A stretch of DNA of 64,000 nt, taken from contig OZ024743.1 of NCBI GenBank assembly GCA_964016885.1, positions 373,798,001 to 373,862,000 on the forward strand. Direction: 5' to 3'. Positions 13,209-25,214 of the stretch are shown piece after piece. The stretch's first letter is position 1, and each line of letters begins with the position of its first letter. The position numbers were made by a program, and so were the translations under genes. The DNA comes from Eledone cirrhosa (lineage: Eukaryota). The notes below the pieces were generated by a model. That model did no database searches. It worked only from the letters and a program-made list of their open reading frames with translations, and was not told the DNA's origin.

Positions 13209-15290
13209 TTGTATCATATGGATATTGAACATTATAATGAGTTCATATATAAAGAACTCAGAAAAAATTATAAAAAATCTAATAATGCGTCACTCACCAA
13301 CATCAACAACAAAACACACAACATAGTAAAAAAACTAAACATTGAAGATAGAACTGAACCTTTGGCATTGAAAAGACCACACTTCAACCTGAAGGATCAT
13401 AAATCAAACTTTAACTCAAATCCTTCTATTAGACTTATATGTCCCTCCAAATCAGATATTGGAATAATTAGCAAAAAAATTTTGGATAGAGTCATCCCAC
13501 AAATAAGAAAACACGTTATTTTACCACTCTGGGAAAACACCTCCCAGGTAATTAACTGGTTTAAAAATATTAGATGTAAATCTTCTGCTTCATTTCTACA
13601 ATTTGATATAGATAATTACTATTCTTCTATATCACCTATACTCCTGAACAAAGCATTGATATTTGCTAAAAATAGATCTAACTTAACTTTGGATGACATT
13701 AATATTATTACACATGCTAGACTAACACTTATTGAATTTCAGAATGAATACTGGACCAGAAACACATATAGTAATCTATTTGATATTACTATGGGTTCAA
13801 GCGATTCCGCCCAAATTACTGATCTTGTGGGCCTCTTTCTCCTTTTCAACATAAATGCCTCCTTTCCCCACCTCAAAGGTGGTTTATATCGTGATGACTG
13901 TCTTCTTCTTTCTAACAACCTTAGCCTTTCAGAAATTGAAAAAAACAAAAAACATATTAGAACTTTCCTTAAAGACTATTATAATCTTCATATTACTTTT
14001 GAAAAAACAAGTAAAGTAGTAAATTTCCTAGATATAACTTTAGATTTAGCTACGGGTATCTACCAACCTTACCATAAACCAAACCAAAACTTACATTACA
14101 TACACTCACAATCTAATCACCCTAAATCTATCCTTAAAAACCTTGCATATAATATATCACTTAGAATTTCTAACCTTTCTTCTAACCAAGATGTATTTGA
14201 TAAAAATGCGACCTTCTATAACGAAGCTCTAGATAGAAGTGGCCACAAAAATAGATTAGAATATATACCTTCTACTAAAAATACTAAAAGCATACAACCT
14301 AATATTACCAACAAACACCAAATGAAAAGTACACACCTAAATGCCACCCACACTATACCCCAAAATACCAAATCTTCTAATATAAAATATAGTAACTCTC
14401 AAAAAACTACTCATCATACAACTCTAATAAATATTAATAATAAAACTCCTAATAAAAAAGATAAAACACCTAAATCTACAAATATAACTAAAAATGGTTG
14501 TGGTGAGATCATTAACATTAATCCTCCTAGTAAACATCACGATACAACCTATAAAAATAATAAAAATAATAAACAACATAGAAACCGTAATAGACGGGTT
14601 ACTTGGTATAATGCTCCATTTAATTTACAAATTAAGGATAATATTGCTAAAAAATTTTTTTATATCCTAGAGAAAAACTTCCCGCCAAACCACAAATACC
14701 ATCAAATCTTAAATAGGTCTACAGTTAAATTCTCATACTCAACAACAAATAACATAAAACAAAATATAAGTGCCTATAATGCATATAAATGTAAGAAAAC
14801 CATAAGTATACCACCAGTACATCAAATTAACCATAATATCTCCTCAAATACAGTAACGAAAGGTTGTAACTGTAGAAACAAAGCAAACTGCCCATTAAAA
14901 GGGAATTGTCTTGTTAACAACATAGTCTATAAATGTAATGTTAAAACTAAAGATTCTATTTGCTCATATATAGGAGCTACCTCTAACAATTTTAAGACAA
15001 GGTTTAATACCCACAAGAATAGTTTTAAAAATGCCGCACTGGCTAATACAACATCTCTAGCAGAAAAAATCAATAGTTATAAAAATAAGAATATAGAATA
15101 TGATTTGACCTGGAGTGTGCTCAAAAGAGCCACCCCTTATCAAAATAATAGAAATGAATGTAGATTATGTTCCCAAGAACTATTTGAAATAATGAAATCT
15201 AAGGATATCCTATTAAATAAACGACAGGAATTAATTATATCGTGTAATCATAAACTAAAAAAAACATTTAAATATTATAAACCTAATTAA
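13209..15290 (+). CDS. PLE reverse transcriptase + C-terminal GIY-YIG endonuclease, uninterrupted for ~700 codons but 5'-truncated (frame open from ~13161)
   Basis: SDKTGNLY just upstream, then FLQFDIDNYYSSI, FDITMGSSDSAQITDLVG, GLYRDD, NFLDITLDL, SNHP, CNCRNKANCPLKGNCL, IVYKC...SYIGAT...RFNTH and CRLC..E. Confidence 0.92.
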   Translation: MYHMDIEHYNEFIYKELRKNYKKSNNASLTNINNKTHNIVKKLNIEDRTEPLALKRPHFNLKDHKSNFNSNPSIRLICPSKSDIGIISKKILDRVIPQIRKHVILPLWENTSQVINWFKNIRCKSSASFLQFDIDNYYSSISPILLNKALIFAKNRSNLTLDDINIITHARLTLIEFQNEYWTRNTYSNLFDITMGSSDSAQITDLVGLFLLFNINASFPHLKGGLYRDDCLLLSNNLSLSEIEKNKKHIRTFLKDYYNLHITFEKTSKVVNFLDITLDLATGIYQPYHKPNQNLHYIHSQSNHPKSILKNLAYNISLRISNLSSNQDVFDKNATFYNEALDRSGHKNRLEYIPSTKNTKSIQPNITNKHQMKSTHLNATHTIPQNTKSSNIKYSNSQKTTHHTTLININNKTPNKKDKTPKSTNITKNGCGEIININPPSKHHDTTYKNNKNNKQHRNRNRRVTWYNAPFNLQIKDNIAKKFFYILEKNFPPNHKYHQILNRSTVKFSYSTTNNIKQNISAYNAYKCKKTISIPPVHQINHNISSNTVTKGCNCRNKANCPLKGNCLVNNIVYKCNVKTKDSICSYIGATSNNFKTRFNTHKNSFKNAALANTTSLAEKINSYKNKNIEYDLTWSVLKRATPYQNNRNECRLCSQELFEIMKSKDILLNKRQELIISCNHKLKKTFKYYKPN

Positions 15291-15782
15291 TAACATTATT
15301 TTAGAAATTAATTTAATTTAAATGTTAGTTAACCTATAAATTTAATTTAATTAAAATTCTACTACAGATGAGAATATAAAATATTGTGTAATCATAAATT
15401 GTGAAAAACCTTTAAATATTACTAATATATACTTAGTAATTTAATTTATAGATTAATTTTAATTTATTTAAACCTTTTATTAAAATTCCTTTACAGATAA
15501 AATATAACAAAATATCGTGTATCCAATGACAGAGAAATAATTTTTAGTATTATAGACCTAATTAATATACATTTTAGAAATATATTTATAATTTGGTTTT
15601 AAATTTAGTCAACCTAAAAATTTAATTTAATTGGCTTAAAATTAGTATCCTTATACAGACGGATTGCAGAGTGTCATGTAATCATAGAATGGGATGTGTT
15701 TTGGATGTATACCTAGTTAATATATTCTTTGCAATTTTTGAAAAAATATGTATATGTATGTATGTATATGTATGTGTATGTA

Positions 15783-15845
<63 letters not shown>

Positions 15846-16519
15846 ATGTATATGTATATGTATTAATTTTGATTTCTATTTGCATATAATTATATTCTGC
15901 TATTGATAAAATACAATATCTGTTTTATTTATTATATACCTAATTAACATATACTATAGAAATTAATATATAATTTTTAATTTAGTTAACCTATAATTTA
16001 TATTCTACTACCGATGTAATACTTTATTTGTTTTTTCCCTATTACTAAATTCATTTCCTAATATTGATACCATAACGTTAATAACTTTAATTTAGTTATA
16101 CTATAATTAATACTCTACTACTATTTAACTTCAAAATTCTGCTTCAAATATTATAAACCTAACTAATTTACACCTTAGAAATCAATATGTTAACTATCTT
16201 TAGTTTAGTTAACATATAATTAATGGTATACTTATTTTGAAATGCATAATTTTGCCGTATTTCTTGTATTTCCTAACACTGAAACTATGTAAAAACATAT
16301 ATTGGGATCCAGATACAGATAATATTCTATGTTTCTTGAAACATATATTTACTATAATCCCCTTCTCCACCCCCCCCCCCCCCCTTTCCCCCATACTATT
16401 ATCATCTGTGTTTGTAAGCGTGTATGTATGAATATATATGTAGGTAGGTGTATATATGTTTGGGTATTTATATCTGAATATAAAAATACATATATGCGCA
16501 TGCAAATAAGAATGTAAGA

Positions 16520-17501
16520 TTGTGTGTATATATGTGTGTGTTTGTATATATATATGTGTGTATATGCATGTGTATATATATGTGTATATGTATATATATA
16601 TATATGTGTATATGTGTATATGTGTGTGGGCGTGTATGTGTGTGTGTATATATATATATATATATGTGTGTGTATGTATGTGTATATATATATGTGTATA
16701 TATATGTATGTCTCTCTATATATATGTCTATCTTCGTATCTATGTGGCTATATGTGTGTATGTACATGTATGCACATGTATATGTTTATGTGTATATGTG
16801 TGTATGTGTATATATGTACGTGTGCGCACATATATATGTGAGTGTGTGTGTGTGTGTCTGTATATATATATATGTATGTATATCTATGTGTGTATATATG
16901 TCTATATTCGTATGTGTATATATATATATATATGTATATTATTTATTATTATAATATAACTTATGTGTATGTGTGTATATGTGAGGGTGTGTATATGTAT
17001 ATATATGTATATATATGTGTAAAAAAATATATATGTGTATGTGGGTTTTTTTTTTTTTTTTTTTTTTTTGTGTGTATATATATGTATGTATATATGTGTG
17101 TATGTGTGTGTTTGTATGTGTTATGGTTGTATGTGTGTGTGGGTGTATATATATAAATGTATGTGTATATATATATATATATATATGTGTATATGTATCT
17201 CTATTAATGTGTGTATATATGTATATACCTTTTTCTTTGTATGTCTGAGTTGTGTGAGAGTATAGTGGTGTTTGTATGTATATACGCATATATGGATGCG
17301 TATGTATTTGTATATATGAGTATATGTAAGTGCGTATGTATGTATGAATATATATCTATGTCTATGTATGAGTATATATGTGTGTGTATGTATGTTGTGT
17401 GTGTATGTATGTATGTGTCTATGTGTGTATATATATATATATATGTGTGTATATGTATGTATGTATGTGTATGTATGTACATATATGTCTATGTATATGT
17501 G

Positions 17502-17546
<45 letters not shown>

Positions 17547-18059
17547 TTATTTTATATATATGTGTGTGTGTGTATGTGTGTGTGTGTATATATATCTTTA
17601 TATATGTGTATGTGTATGTTCGTGTAGGTGTATGTGTGTGTATGACTATATATGTATGTGTGTATGTGTGTATGTATGTATATGTATGTGTGAGTACATG
17701 TATGTATGTGTATGTGTATATATATGTGTGTATATGTGTATGTATATATATATATATGTGTATATATATATATATATGTATATGTATCTCTATTTGTATG
17801 TGTATATGTGTATAGGTATATACCTTTTTCTTTGTATGTCTGAGTTGTGTGAGAGTGTAGTGGTGTTTGTATGTATATACCGATATATGGATGCGTAAGT
17901 ATTTGTGTGTATGTATGTATGTATGTCTGTATGTATTTGTGTGTATATATAGGTATGTATGTGTATATCTGTATGTATATAAGTATGTATGTGTATGTAT
18001 ATGTGCGTGTATGTGTATATATATGTGTGTCTATATATGTATGTGTGATTATATGTGTA

Positions 18060-18100
<41 letters not shown>

Positions 18101-18192
18101 GTATGTGTGTATATGTGTGTATGTGTGTATATGTATATGTTTATATATGTGTGTGTATGTGTGTTCTAAGTGTAGATGTGTGTATATGTATG

Positions 18193-18258
<66 letters not shown>
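16520..18258. repeat. (TG/TA)n low-complexity tract inside the PLE 3' region, with an internal duplicated island (17226-17300 / 17821-17897)
   Basis: Direct reading; TACCTTTTTCTTTGTATGTCTGAGTTGTGTGAGAGT occurs twice, ~595 bp apart. Confidence 0.9.
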
Positions 18259-18259
<1 letters not shown>

Positions 18260-18886
18260 TTTCTTGATATATTTCTTTTTTCTTTTTTCTTTTTCTTTCC
18301 TTTCCTTTTTAATTTTTATTTTTTATTTTTTATTTCTTAGTTTATAGATACATCTATAAATAAGCAGTCTGCCCAAACCGTTGAATACTGACCTCTCCCC
18401 CCCCTCCCACCTAATTTCTGTATCTTGATCTAAATGTGTGTGGCAGTGTTTATGTGAGTGAATTAATATCCATGTGCTTATGATAATATTATATCCACAT
18501 ATATATATGTGTGTGGGGGTGTGTGTGTGTATGTATGTTCGTAATTATGTATATGTTTATGCATATACGCGCGCGTGTGTGTGAGTGTACGGATATGTGA
18601 GTATGAGAATATGTGTATACACTTATTTCATATTTATGTGTCTATACGCATCTTATCTGTGCATTATAAACTTACAGAGACATTAACCTTGAAATTTTGT
18701 ATTTGCATGCATCTTTTTGGCATGCGTATGCATGTTGAGCATACATCTTTGTATAAATATGTGTACGGGGTAGTTACATGTATATACACACGCCAAACTG
18801 CATAAAACCTTTTGTATTTTCATTGGTCAATTTTGTTCCCAAACGGACCTGAAATTTTGAATTGTTGTTATTATCAATAAATATAT

Positions 18887-19041
18887 TTCATTATTTCTGA
18901 AGACGGCGTATATGTGTGTTTGGTATGTATATTTAATCTTGATAGTTTGTATAATTTTGTATAATTTTGTACATAGATCTGTTGAATATGCATGCCAATT
19001 CTAACACATATATATCCTAGAAACGATCGTTAAATAATGAA
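18887..19041 (+). ncRNA. Minimal type-I hammerhead ribozyme with very long stem II, in the PLE pseudo-LTR
   Basis: Stem I TTCATTATTT/AAATAATGAA (10 bp), CTGAAGA 18897-18903, 116-nt stem II, GAAA 19020-19023, palindromic CGATCG, GUU cleavage triplet 19029-19031. Confidence 0.8.
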
Positions 19042-19235
19042 CTTTTTTTGTTTAATATAAGGAACTGTTTCATTGTTTTATTCATTATTTGTTTAATATT
19101 TTATCTTGACTCTGTATACCGTTTATCTTTCACCGAAAGTGATTTTTCATTACATCTCTTCTTTCCATGATATCCGGAATACATTGAGTTCTTCATACGG
19201 ATTGGACACTACCGTAAACTCTTGGTAGATTTATC

Positions 19236-19310
<75 letters not shown>

Positions 19311-19344
19311 TCATCGTTTAACGTCCATCTTCCGCGTCCATATC

Positions 19345-19426
19345 TAGGGCGGGTAAAATTCCCAAGATCAATATATATATATATATGTATACATGTATAT
19401 ATATATATATATATATTATTAATATT

Positions 19427-19470
<44 letters not shown>

Positions 19471-19550
19471 ATATATATATTAATAATATATATATATATA
19501 CATGTATACATATATATATATATTGATCTCGGGAATTTTACCCGCCCTAT
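19345..19550. repeat. ~205-bp fold-back palindrome with a (TA)n core
   Basis: TAGGGCGGGTAAAATTCCCAAGATCAATAT...ATATTGATCTCGGGAATTTTACCCGCCCTA; the inner TA/TACATGTA pattern is also mirrored. Confidence 0.9.
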
Positions 19551-19600
19551 ATATATATAGAGAATTCACAAGAATCAAAGCTATGTTCAAAGCATTTATT

Positions 19601-19650
19601 CACTTACAATTGTTTCATCCAAACCTAGGCTTGGCGTCTTCGGAGCATTT
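19601..19650 (-). ncRNA. Degenerate minimal hammerhead (core CCGAAGA)
   Basis: Minus strand TGCT-CCGAAGA-cgCCAAGCctagGTTTGGat-GAAA-CAATTG-TA-AGTG. Stem I is short with wobbles and the core has a U4C change. Confidence 0.5.
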
Positions 19651-20272
19651 TTCAATGTTTGTACACATAATTGACCTTATTTCCAACGCAAGAGACATAC
19701 AGATACGTATATATATATATATATATTGATGTACAGCGGAGTGACATATATTATACTATACTATTTTTGTACAGCAATTCAAATTCAAGATCAAAATCAA
19801 AATCAAAATTAAAATCAAAATCAAAATTAAAATACATTCGGCAGATAACATAGATAATGCAGGAGGATAGTTTGATAGTTAGATCTAGTAGGTAGTGTAT
19901 GCGTTAGTTACACATGGAGCATGCAAGTGTGTCTCATTTTTATACGATTTTTGTGTGGCAAGGTGTTACATGTGATGCAAGCACTTTAAGCGGGTAAGCA
20001 AGAGTATTATGGTGGTTGTAGTGGTAGGGTATTTTTTGTATAGATAAAAAAAGTATGTGTGCAGAAAAATAAAAATAAAAAGAAGAAGCAAAAGAAAGTT
20101 ATAGTTTTCGTATCCACCACCATTTTCACATTCAGAAAAAGTAAGAAATAGTTTTTACATCCATCACATAAGTAACGATGATTCCGTAATGAATGTTTGA
20201 TGCATTAATTTATTGTAGCGTATTGAGGCTCAGTGTTATTTAATCCATATTTATAGAATAGGTTCTTTCTGC

Positions 20273-20328
20273 TGCGAGAATTTACAGTGGTTTATTACCC
20301 GGGTAATAAACCACTGTAAATTCTCGCA
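20273..20328. repeat. Perfect 56-bp spacer-less palindrome
   Basis: TGCGAGAATTTACAGTGGTTTATTACCC|GGGTAATAAACCACTGTAAATTCTCGCA. Confidence 0.95.
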
Positions 20329-20469
20329 ACTGATGTTATTACATTGAGCTATTTATCTTACTGGTAATAAGGTAGTAATAAATTACTGACCTTCACTGTT
20401 TAAGGTTTAAAATATACATAACTATAAAAAGTTTAATATATACATAACCATAAATAGTATCCTTAATAT

Positions 20470-20501
<32 letters not shown>

Positions 20502-22935
20502 CATATATGTAGGAGGTGAGTTTTATTGTAGTACAATAAAACAATGCAGATATCGGATAAGAAGCACTCTACAGTTTGTAGGACTGGAGTATAAATAATA
20601 TATAAGATCAAAAGATGGTTAAAAGAGTTCCATGTATTTTATTATGCGCATTTCAAAAACAAATATCATCATGCAATAACATTTGTGTTTTCGTCAGATA
20701 AAATAGGAAGACATGATATGAAGGTTAAAATACACTTGTGAATAGTGCAGTTTTAAATCAACATATGAAAAGTAGTTTTAGATTGATGTGTGATATTGGG
20801 GAAAAAAAAAGAAAAAGAAATTGAGGGTGGGTGGGGTGGAAAGGATGAACAAGAGGAGGAGATGAGAGTAAAAAGTGGAGGGGGAGGAGTATAATGAGGA
20901 AGGATGAGATAGGAGGAGAGATGGGTGATAGAGAGAAAGATAGCTTTTATAACTGAGAAAAAATATATTGTTTTACATAGAGAGGTTGAATAACCGTTGG
21001 AAGATAATATATAAATTAAAAGAATTTGAAAATTAACGAAGAGAAAAATAATGTTAAGTTAAGGTTTGTATATTGAAGGGTTTAATAATATGTGCGATGA
21101 AAAGAAAATGTTAATATGTATTAAGAATAATATTTAAGGGTTTAATAATATGTGCGATGGAAAGAAATTGTTGATATGTATTATTAAAAAAATATAAAAA
21201 TATAGCAATAGTAATGTAAGTAAGGATATATTGTGAAAGAAGTAGAAGATAGGATGAATAAGTTAGATGAGCATGAAAGGGAGAAAAAATAATGAATTGA
21301 GGATGAATAATCTAACGTAAAAAAAAATGTTTGTTTACGAAGGATTTTTTCAAGGTGATATACAGTAAGAATATATTGTGCTAATAATTGTTTCTATGTA
21401 AGGCACAATGAGAAAAGGTACAGATTAGGGGTTAGAAATTAAAAGAAAAAGAAAAAGAAAAAGAAAAAAGAAAGGAAAGGAAAAAGAAAGAAAGGGAAGT
21501 GATAAATAGGAGTGATATAGAATGAGTAACTAGTATTATATAATGTATAATAAATAACTTTGAAATAAGGTAGAAAGATGGGTATATTTTTAAAGAAATA
21601 TATATGTATATATATATATATATATATGTGTGCCTTTGAGAAAAGGATTTTAAATTGATAAAGTATTAGATATTAACTGTATACTTTATGGAATGTTCTG
21701 TGGAATTTATACAAGCAGAGAGAAAACAAGTCAGTGCGTCTATTTATTATAGAATCTAAATTAGATATAATGGTAAATTTTTCATTTAAACAGAGATTGC
21801 ATGTCTTGGATAGAGAACTGTTCAAGTATGGAGAAGCAGAAGAAACCTTTTTCCAAGAGATGTTATATTTAATATTTTTGTCTTTCAAGGACCATATGAG
21901 TTCCTAGAGTGCCGTGTTGGTTCTTTTAAGTTGGTATTTAAAAAACGAATGATGATTATAAAGACGAGCTTTAAAGGAGGTGGAAGTGGAGCCAAAATAG
22001 GTGAAGGAATTGGTGTCAGTTATAACTTTACATTCGTAGATTAAGTTTTTTCCAGACAATGGTTGTTGAGAGGACATTTATTTTTAACAGGGCAATTGCA
22101 ATTGCGATTAGAGAGATTAGCAGAGTTATTAACAAGTGACCTAGTGTTATCTATAGAAGGGATTGGATTGGAGAAGATATTTACGATAGGAATACTAGTT
22201 TCTTGATTTAGAATGGGATTAAGAACATTTAGCGAAGTTACGTTTGACGTCGTATTTGGGTTTGCAGAAATTAGCCTAGAGTTTACAATGACGTCGGGAG
22301 TACTATTACTATTATTATGATATTCAGTGTTGGAAGGAAGAGATTTAGTATTTAGTATTTTATTGTTGTGTTTAGAGATAATGTTGGAAATGTTGGAGGA
22401 GGTCGAATAGGAAAATTTTATAGTGTGTTTGTTAAATATTTTACTATAGATATGTGAGGGAGGGAAGCATTTATTTAAGGCAGGATGACTCAGGCAGGAT
22501 GCACTCCTTCCAATTTTGCGGAGGAAAAAGGCAGCTCAGAGACCGAAGACACTAGAGATTACCTTCGTTTCTCTTCTCATTGTTTATAATAATTACAGGT
22601 GCAATGCCTGCGTCTGTGGTCGAAGCGACTGTAAACTCCGACCACGTTGACCATATGAACATATTGTCTTGATAAAAAATATAAACATTTAATGTTTGTG
22701 TGACTAAAGTAAATGCTACTTGATTCGTTTGCAAGCAAACATCCTCATTACTGTATGTGTCTTAGATGACCATCACCATCTTTTTGTTCTAGCGGTGACA
22801 GATAGAAACAATCGACAATATTGTTTCTGGGTTAATATTGTCTTTTGTTAAGATTGTGAGAGATAGACAATCGTGACCCAGAATCAAGATTGGCGTAATG
22901 CGGCTGTTTCCTTGCAAACAAATCCAATATTATTC

Positions 22936-23106
22936 GGTAGAGGGTCGGACGCCATGCTTTGCAGCACAGTTACGTCCCTTTACGGACTGAGTTCAAATCC
23001 CGCCGAGGTTAAATTTGCCTTTCATCCTTACGGGGTCGATAAAATAAAGTACCAGTAATGTACTGGGTAATTGCTGGCCTTGTGCCAAAAGTAGAAACAA
23101 TTATTA
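22936..23106 (+). mobile_element. tRNA-like SINE copy
   Basis: Same start GGTAGAGGGTCGGACGCCAT and same tail as 9096-9266; B-box-like GAGTTCAAATCCC; ends in ATTATTA. Confidence 0.82.
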
Positions 23107-23312
23107 TAAGATATCAAACTCACAAATGCATTTACGTATCTGCTATGTTAGAGCGAAAAACTAAATTCTAAAGAAGAGATGTTTTCAGCAAAAGAATGAA
23201 ATATGATATTTATGATATTTATGAAATATGAAATATGATATTTATGTATGGACTCTCACAACTCTTGATGGAGTCGTTGGGATACGAACAGAGATGGAGA
23301 GAGAGAGGGAGG

Positions 23313-23343
<31 letters not shown>

Positions 23344-23389
23344 TGTGTGTGTGTATGTGTGTGATAGAGATGATGTGAGAAAGAAATAT

Positions 23390-23558
23390 AGTGAAAGTAT
23401 CGGTCCCAATACTGAACTGCTACCCTATTTATCGACCTCGAAAGGATGAAAGTCGAATTTGACCTCGGCGGGTTTCGAAGTCAGAGCGCTCAGAGAACCG
23501 AAACAAATACCGCAAAGCATTCTAACTGACTTTCTAACGACTCAGCCAATTCGCCGCC
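23390..23558 (-). mobile_element. Diverged SINE of the same superfamily
   Basis: TTTATCGACCTCGAAAGGATGAAAG..TGACCTCGGCGGGTTTCGAA is the reverse complement of the SINE core; head GGCGGCGAATTGGC. Confidence 0.7.
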
Positions 23559-23585
23559 ACACACACGCACTCTCTCTCTCACACA

Positions 23586-23617
<32 letters not shown>

Positions 23618-23924
23618 TACACACACACACACACGCATTATATATTTACAAACAAACATACACACAAAATGACAAGCACTACATATCTGACTATAAACCG
23701 AAACTCGATCAACCAGATAGCTTATTCATCTTGTCCAAACATAAACCCTGAACTTATCCAGTAAATTTCGATCATGTATTCCATATGAACAGTTACAGAG
23801 CCATAAAAACCATTGACGCTCAAAAGAAAACATTTAAATTCAGTGAGTGACTAAAAGAAAGTTTTTGTTGGGTAAACTGAAAACATTAGAGATGTGTGGT
23901 GATGATTAAAATAAATCTATATAT

Positions 23925-24360
23925 TATTAAAACACGAGCAGGGGGATGAAAATATAAGCGACCGAAATGGGGTTCCTATAAGGGTCTTTGGAGTAATGTT
24001 ACTCGATAGACTGCGTAGCTCGAAGATCAGAGAGTTACTCCAGGTAAAGCGCTACTTCTCCGAATTGAGAGATCACAGCTCCGATGTTATGTTCATTTGG
24101 TTAGAGTGTCTCAGGAAAGACTCGCCGGATAGATTTTACAGGCAAAAGCAACTGGCAGGAGACCCAGGGGTAGACCTTAAGTAAGATGGTTGGATAACAT
24201 CCATGAGTTCAGTTGGTCTCACTTGGGGACCCAGACGGATCAGTTGGAGACAGTTGCTTCTGACAGAATCATCTGGAAGGAGTGTTTGAGGACTCTGCCC
24301 CCTCGACTCTCTCAGGAATAAGTGGGTGAAGAAGAAGAAGAAAAAGAAGAAGAAGAAGAG
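23925..24360 (+). mobile_element. RTE-clade LINE 3' fragment with (GAA)n tail
   Basis: Frameshifted translation LLDRLRSSKIRELLQV..LLRIERSQLR..RPRGRP..RWLDNI...DRIIWK, typical of the RTE C-terminus, followed by GAAGAAGAAG. Confidence 0.75.
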
Positions 24361-24399
24361 ACTAGGGTGATGAATTGACAGAGTCGTTACAACTTCGAA

Positions 24400-24506
24400 C
24401 AAATGCTGAGCAGTGTTTGTTCCGTCGCTTTACGAATTGCGTTCAAATCTTGCCGAGGTCAACTTTGCCTTTCATCCACCCGAGGTCGATAAAATATAGT
24501 ACCACC
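24400..24506 (+). mobile_element. Partial SINE
   Basis: GTTCAAATCTTGCCGAGGTCAACTTTGCCTTTCATCC...GAGGTCGATAAAATATAGTACCA core. Confidence 0.65.
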
Positions 24507-24643
24507 ATAGAAAGACAGCATGTTCATTTCGGAATGTCAGATCAGAACCTAAGTGCATTCAAGATTGTCATTTTCGGTCTTATAAGCCAAATCGCGTATA
24601 TAATATATTATATATGAGCATGTATGTGTGAAAGTGCGGGCGT

Positions 24644-24678
<35 letters not shown>

Positions 24679-24698
24679 CACATATATATATTTACATG

Positions 24699-24742
<44 letters not shown>

Positions 24743-24744
<2 letters not shown>

Positions 24745-25134
24745 TTTGTTGGTTCACCACTGGATAGAATTGGTCATTCCGTATGGTCAATCTTGATGTA
24801 ATATTATGGAGAGTACTCAACGTAGTGCAGTTCACCCGTCTTCGTTTGTGTAGTTGGTGGTGCTAATACGGAGTTAATTCGCCCCCTCACCGGATGGTCA
24901 TTAGTAGACCGAGTTGCCATCACTTGAGGGCGACTGACCGAGGTGAAAGCAGCTAGTTGGTCAGTCGTCCTCTCTGTCTCTCATTTTCGGACCCATGGAT
25001 TTTATATATTCCTTTGTTATATTTTGAATACCTGATGATATCACCGGACTCAAACGGAACCCGGTCATTGAAATGATCATAGTATAATAAACTTTTCAAG
25101 GATTTACACCAGTTCAGCCTCCTGTTATTTTATT

Positions 25135-25135
<1 letters not shown>
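24743..25135 (+). mobile_element. Solo PLE pseudo-LTR / retrozyme-like non-coding unit in (TA)n
   Basis: ~390-bp non-coding island with (TA)n on both sides, containing a hammerhead and a GC-rich hairpin (24929-24970). Confidence 0.6.
25028..25085 (+). ncRNA. Minimal type-I hammerhead ribozyme
   Basis: ATAC-CTGATGA-(ACCGG..CCGGT stem II)-GAAA-TGATCA-TA-GTAT; palindromic stem III, AUA triplet. Confidence 0.72.

Positions 25136-25203
<68 letters not shown>

Positions 25204-25214
<11 letters not shown>

Larger units (their letters stand above)
12587..19238 (+). mobile_element. Penelope-like retroelement (tentatively Nematis-type) with inverted 5' pseudo-LTR and ~3.9-kb 3' region
   Basis: 12587-13160 is a near-exact reverse complement of 18533-19104. 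The ORF starts directly after the inverted block. Both ends lie in (TA)n. Confidence 0.88.
19560..22480 (-). mobile_element. Second Nematis-like PLE, heavily 5'-truncated (GIY-YIG remnant 21673-22480, ~2.1-kb 3' UTR)
   Basis: Minus-strand translation gives KCFPPSHIYSKIFNKHTIKFSYS, CNCPVKNKCPLNNHCL..LIYECKV..YFGSTSTSFKARLYNH and CNLCLNEK, homologous to the C-terminus of 13209-15290; one internal stop. Confidence 0.82.

Noticed and set aside
22936-23010. tRNA gene
   Set aside because: Only a B-box-like motif with no cloverleaf; it is a SINE head
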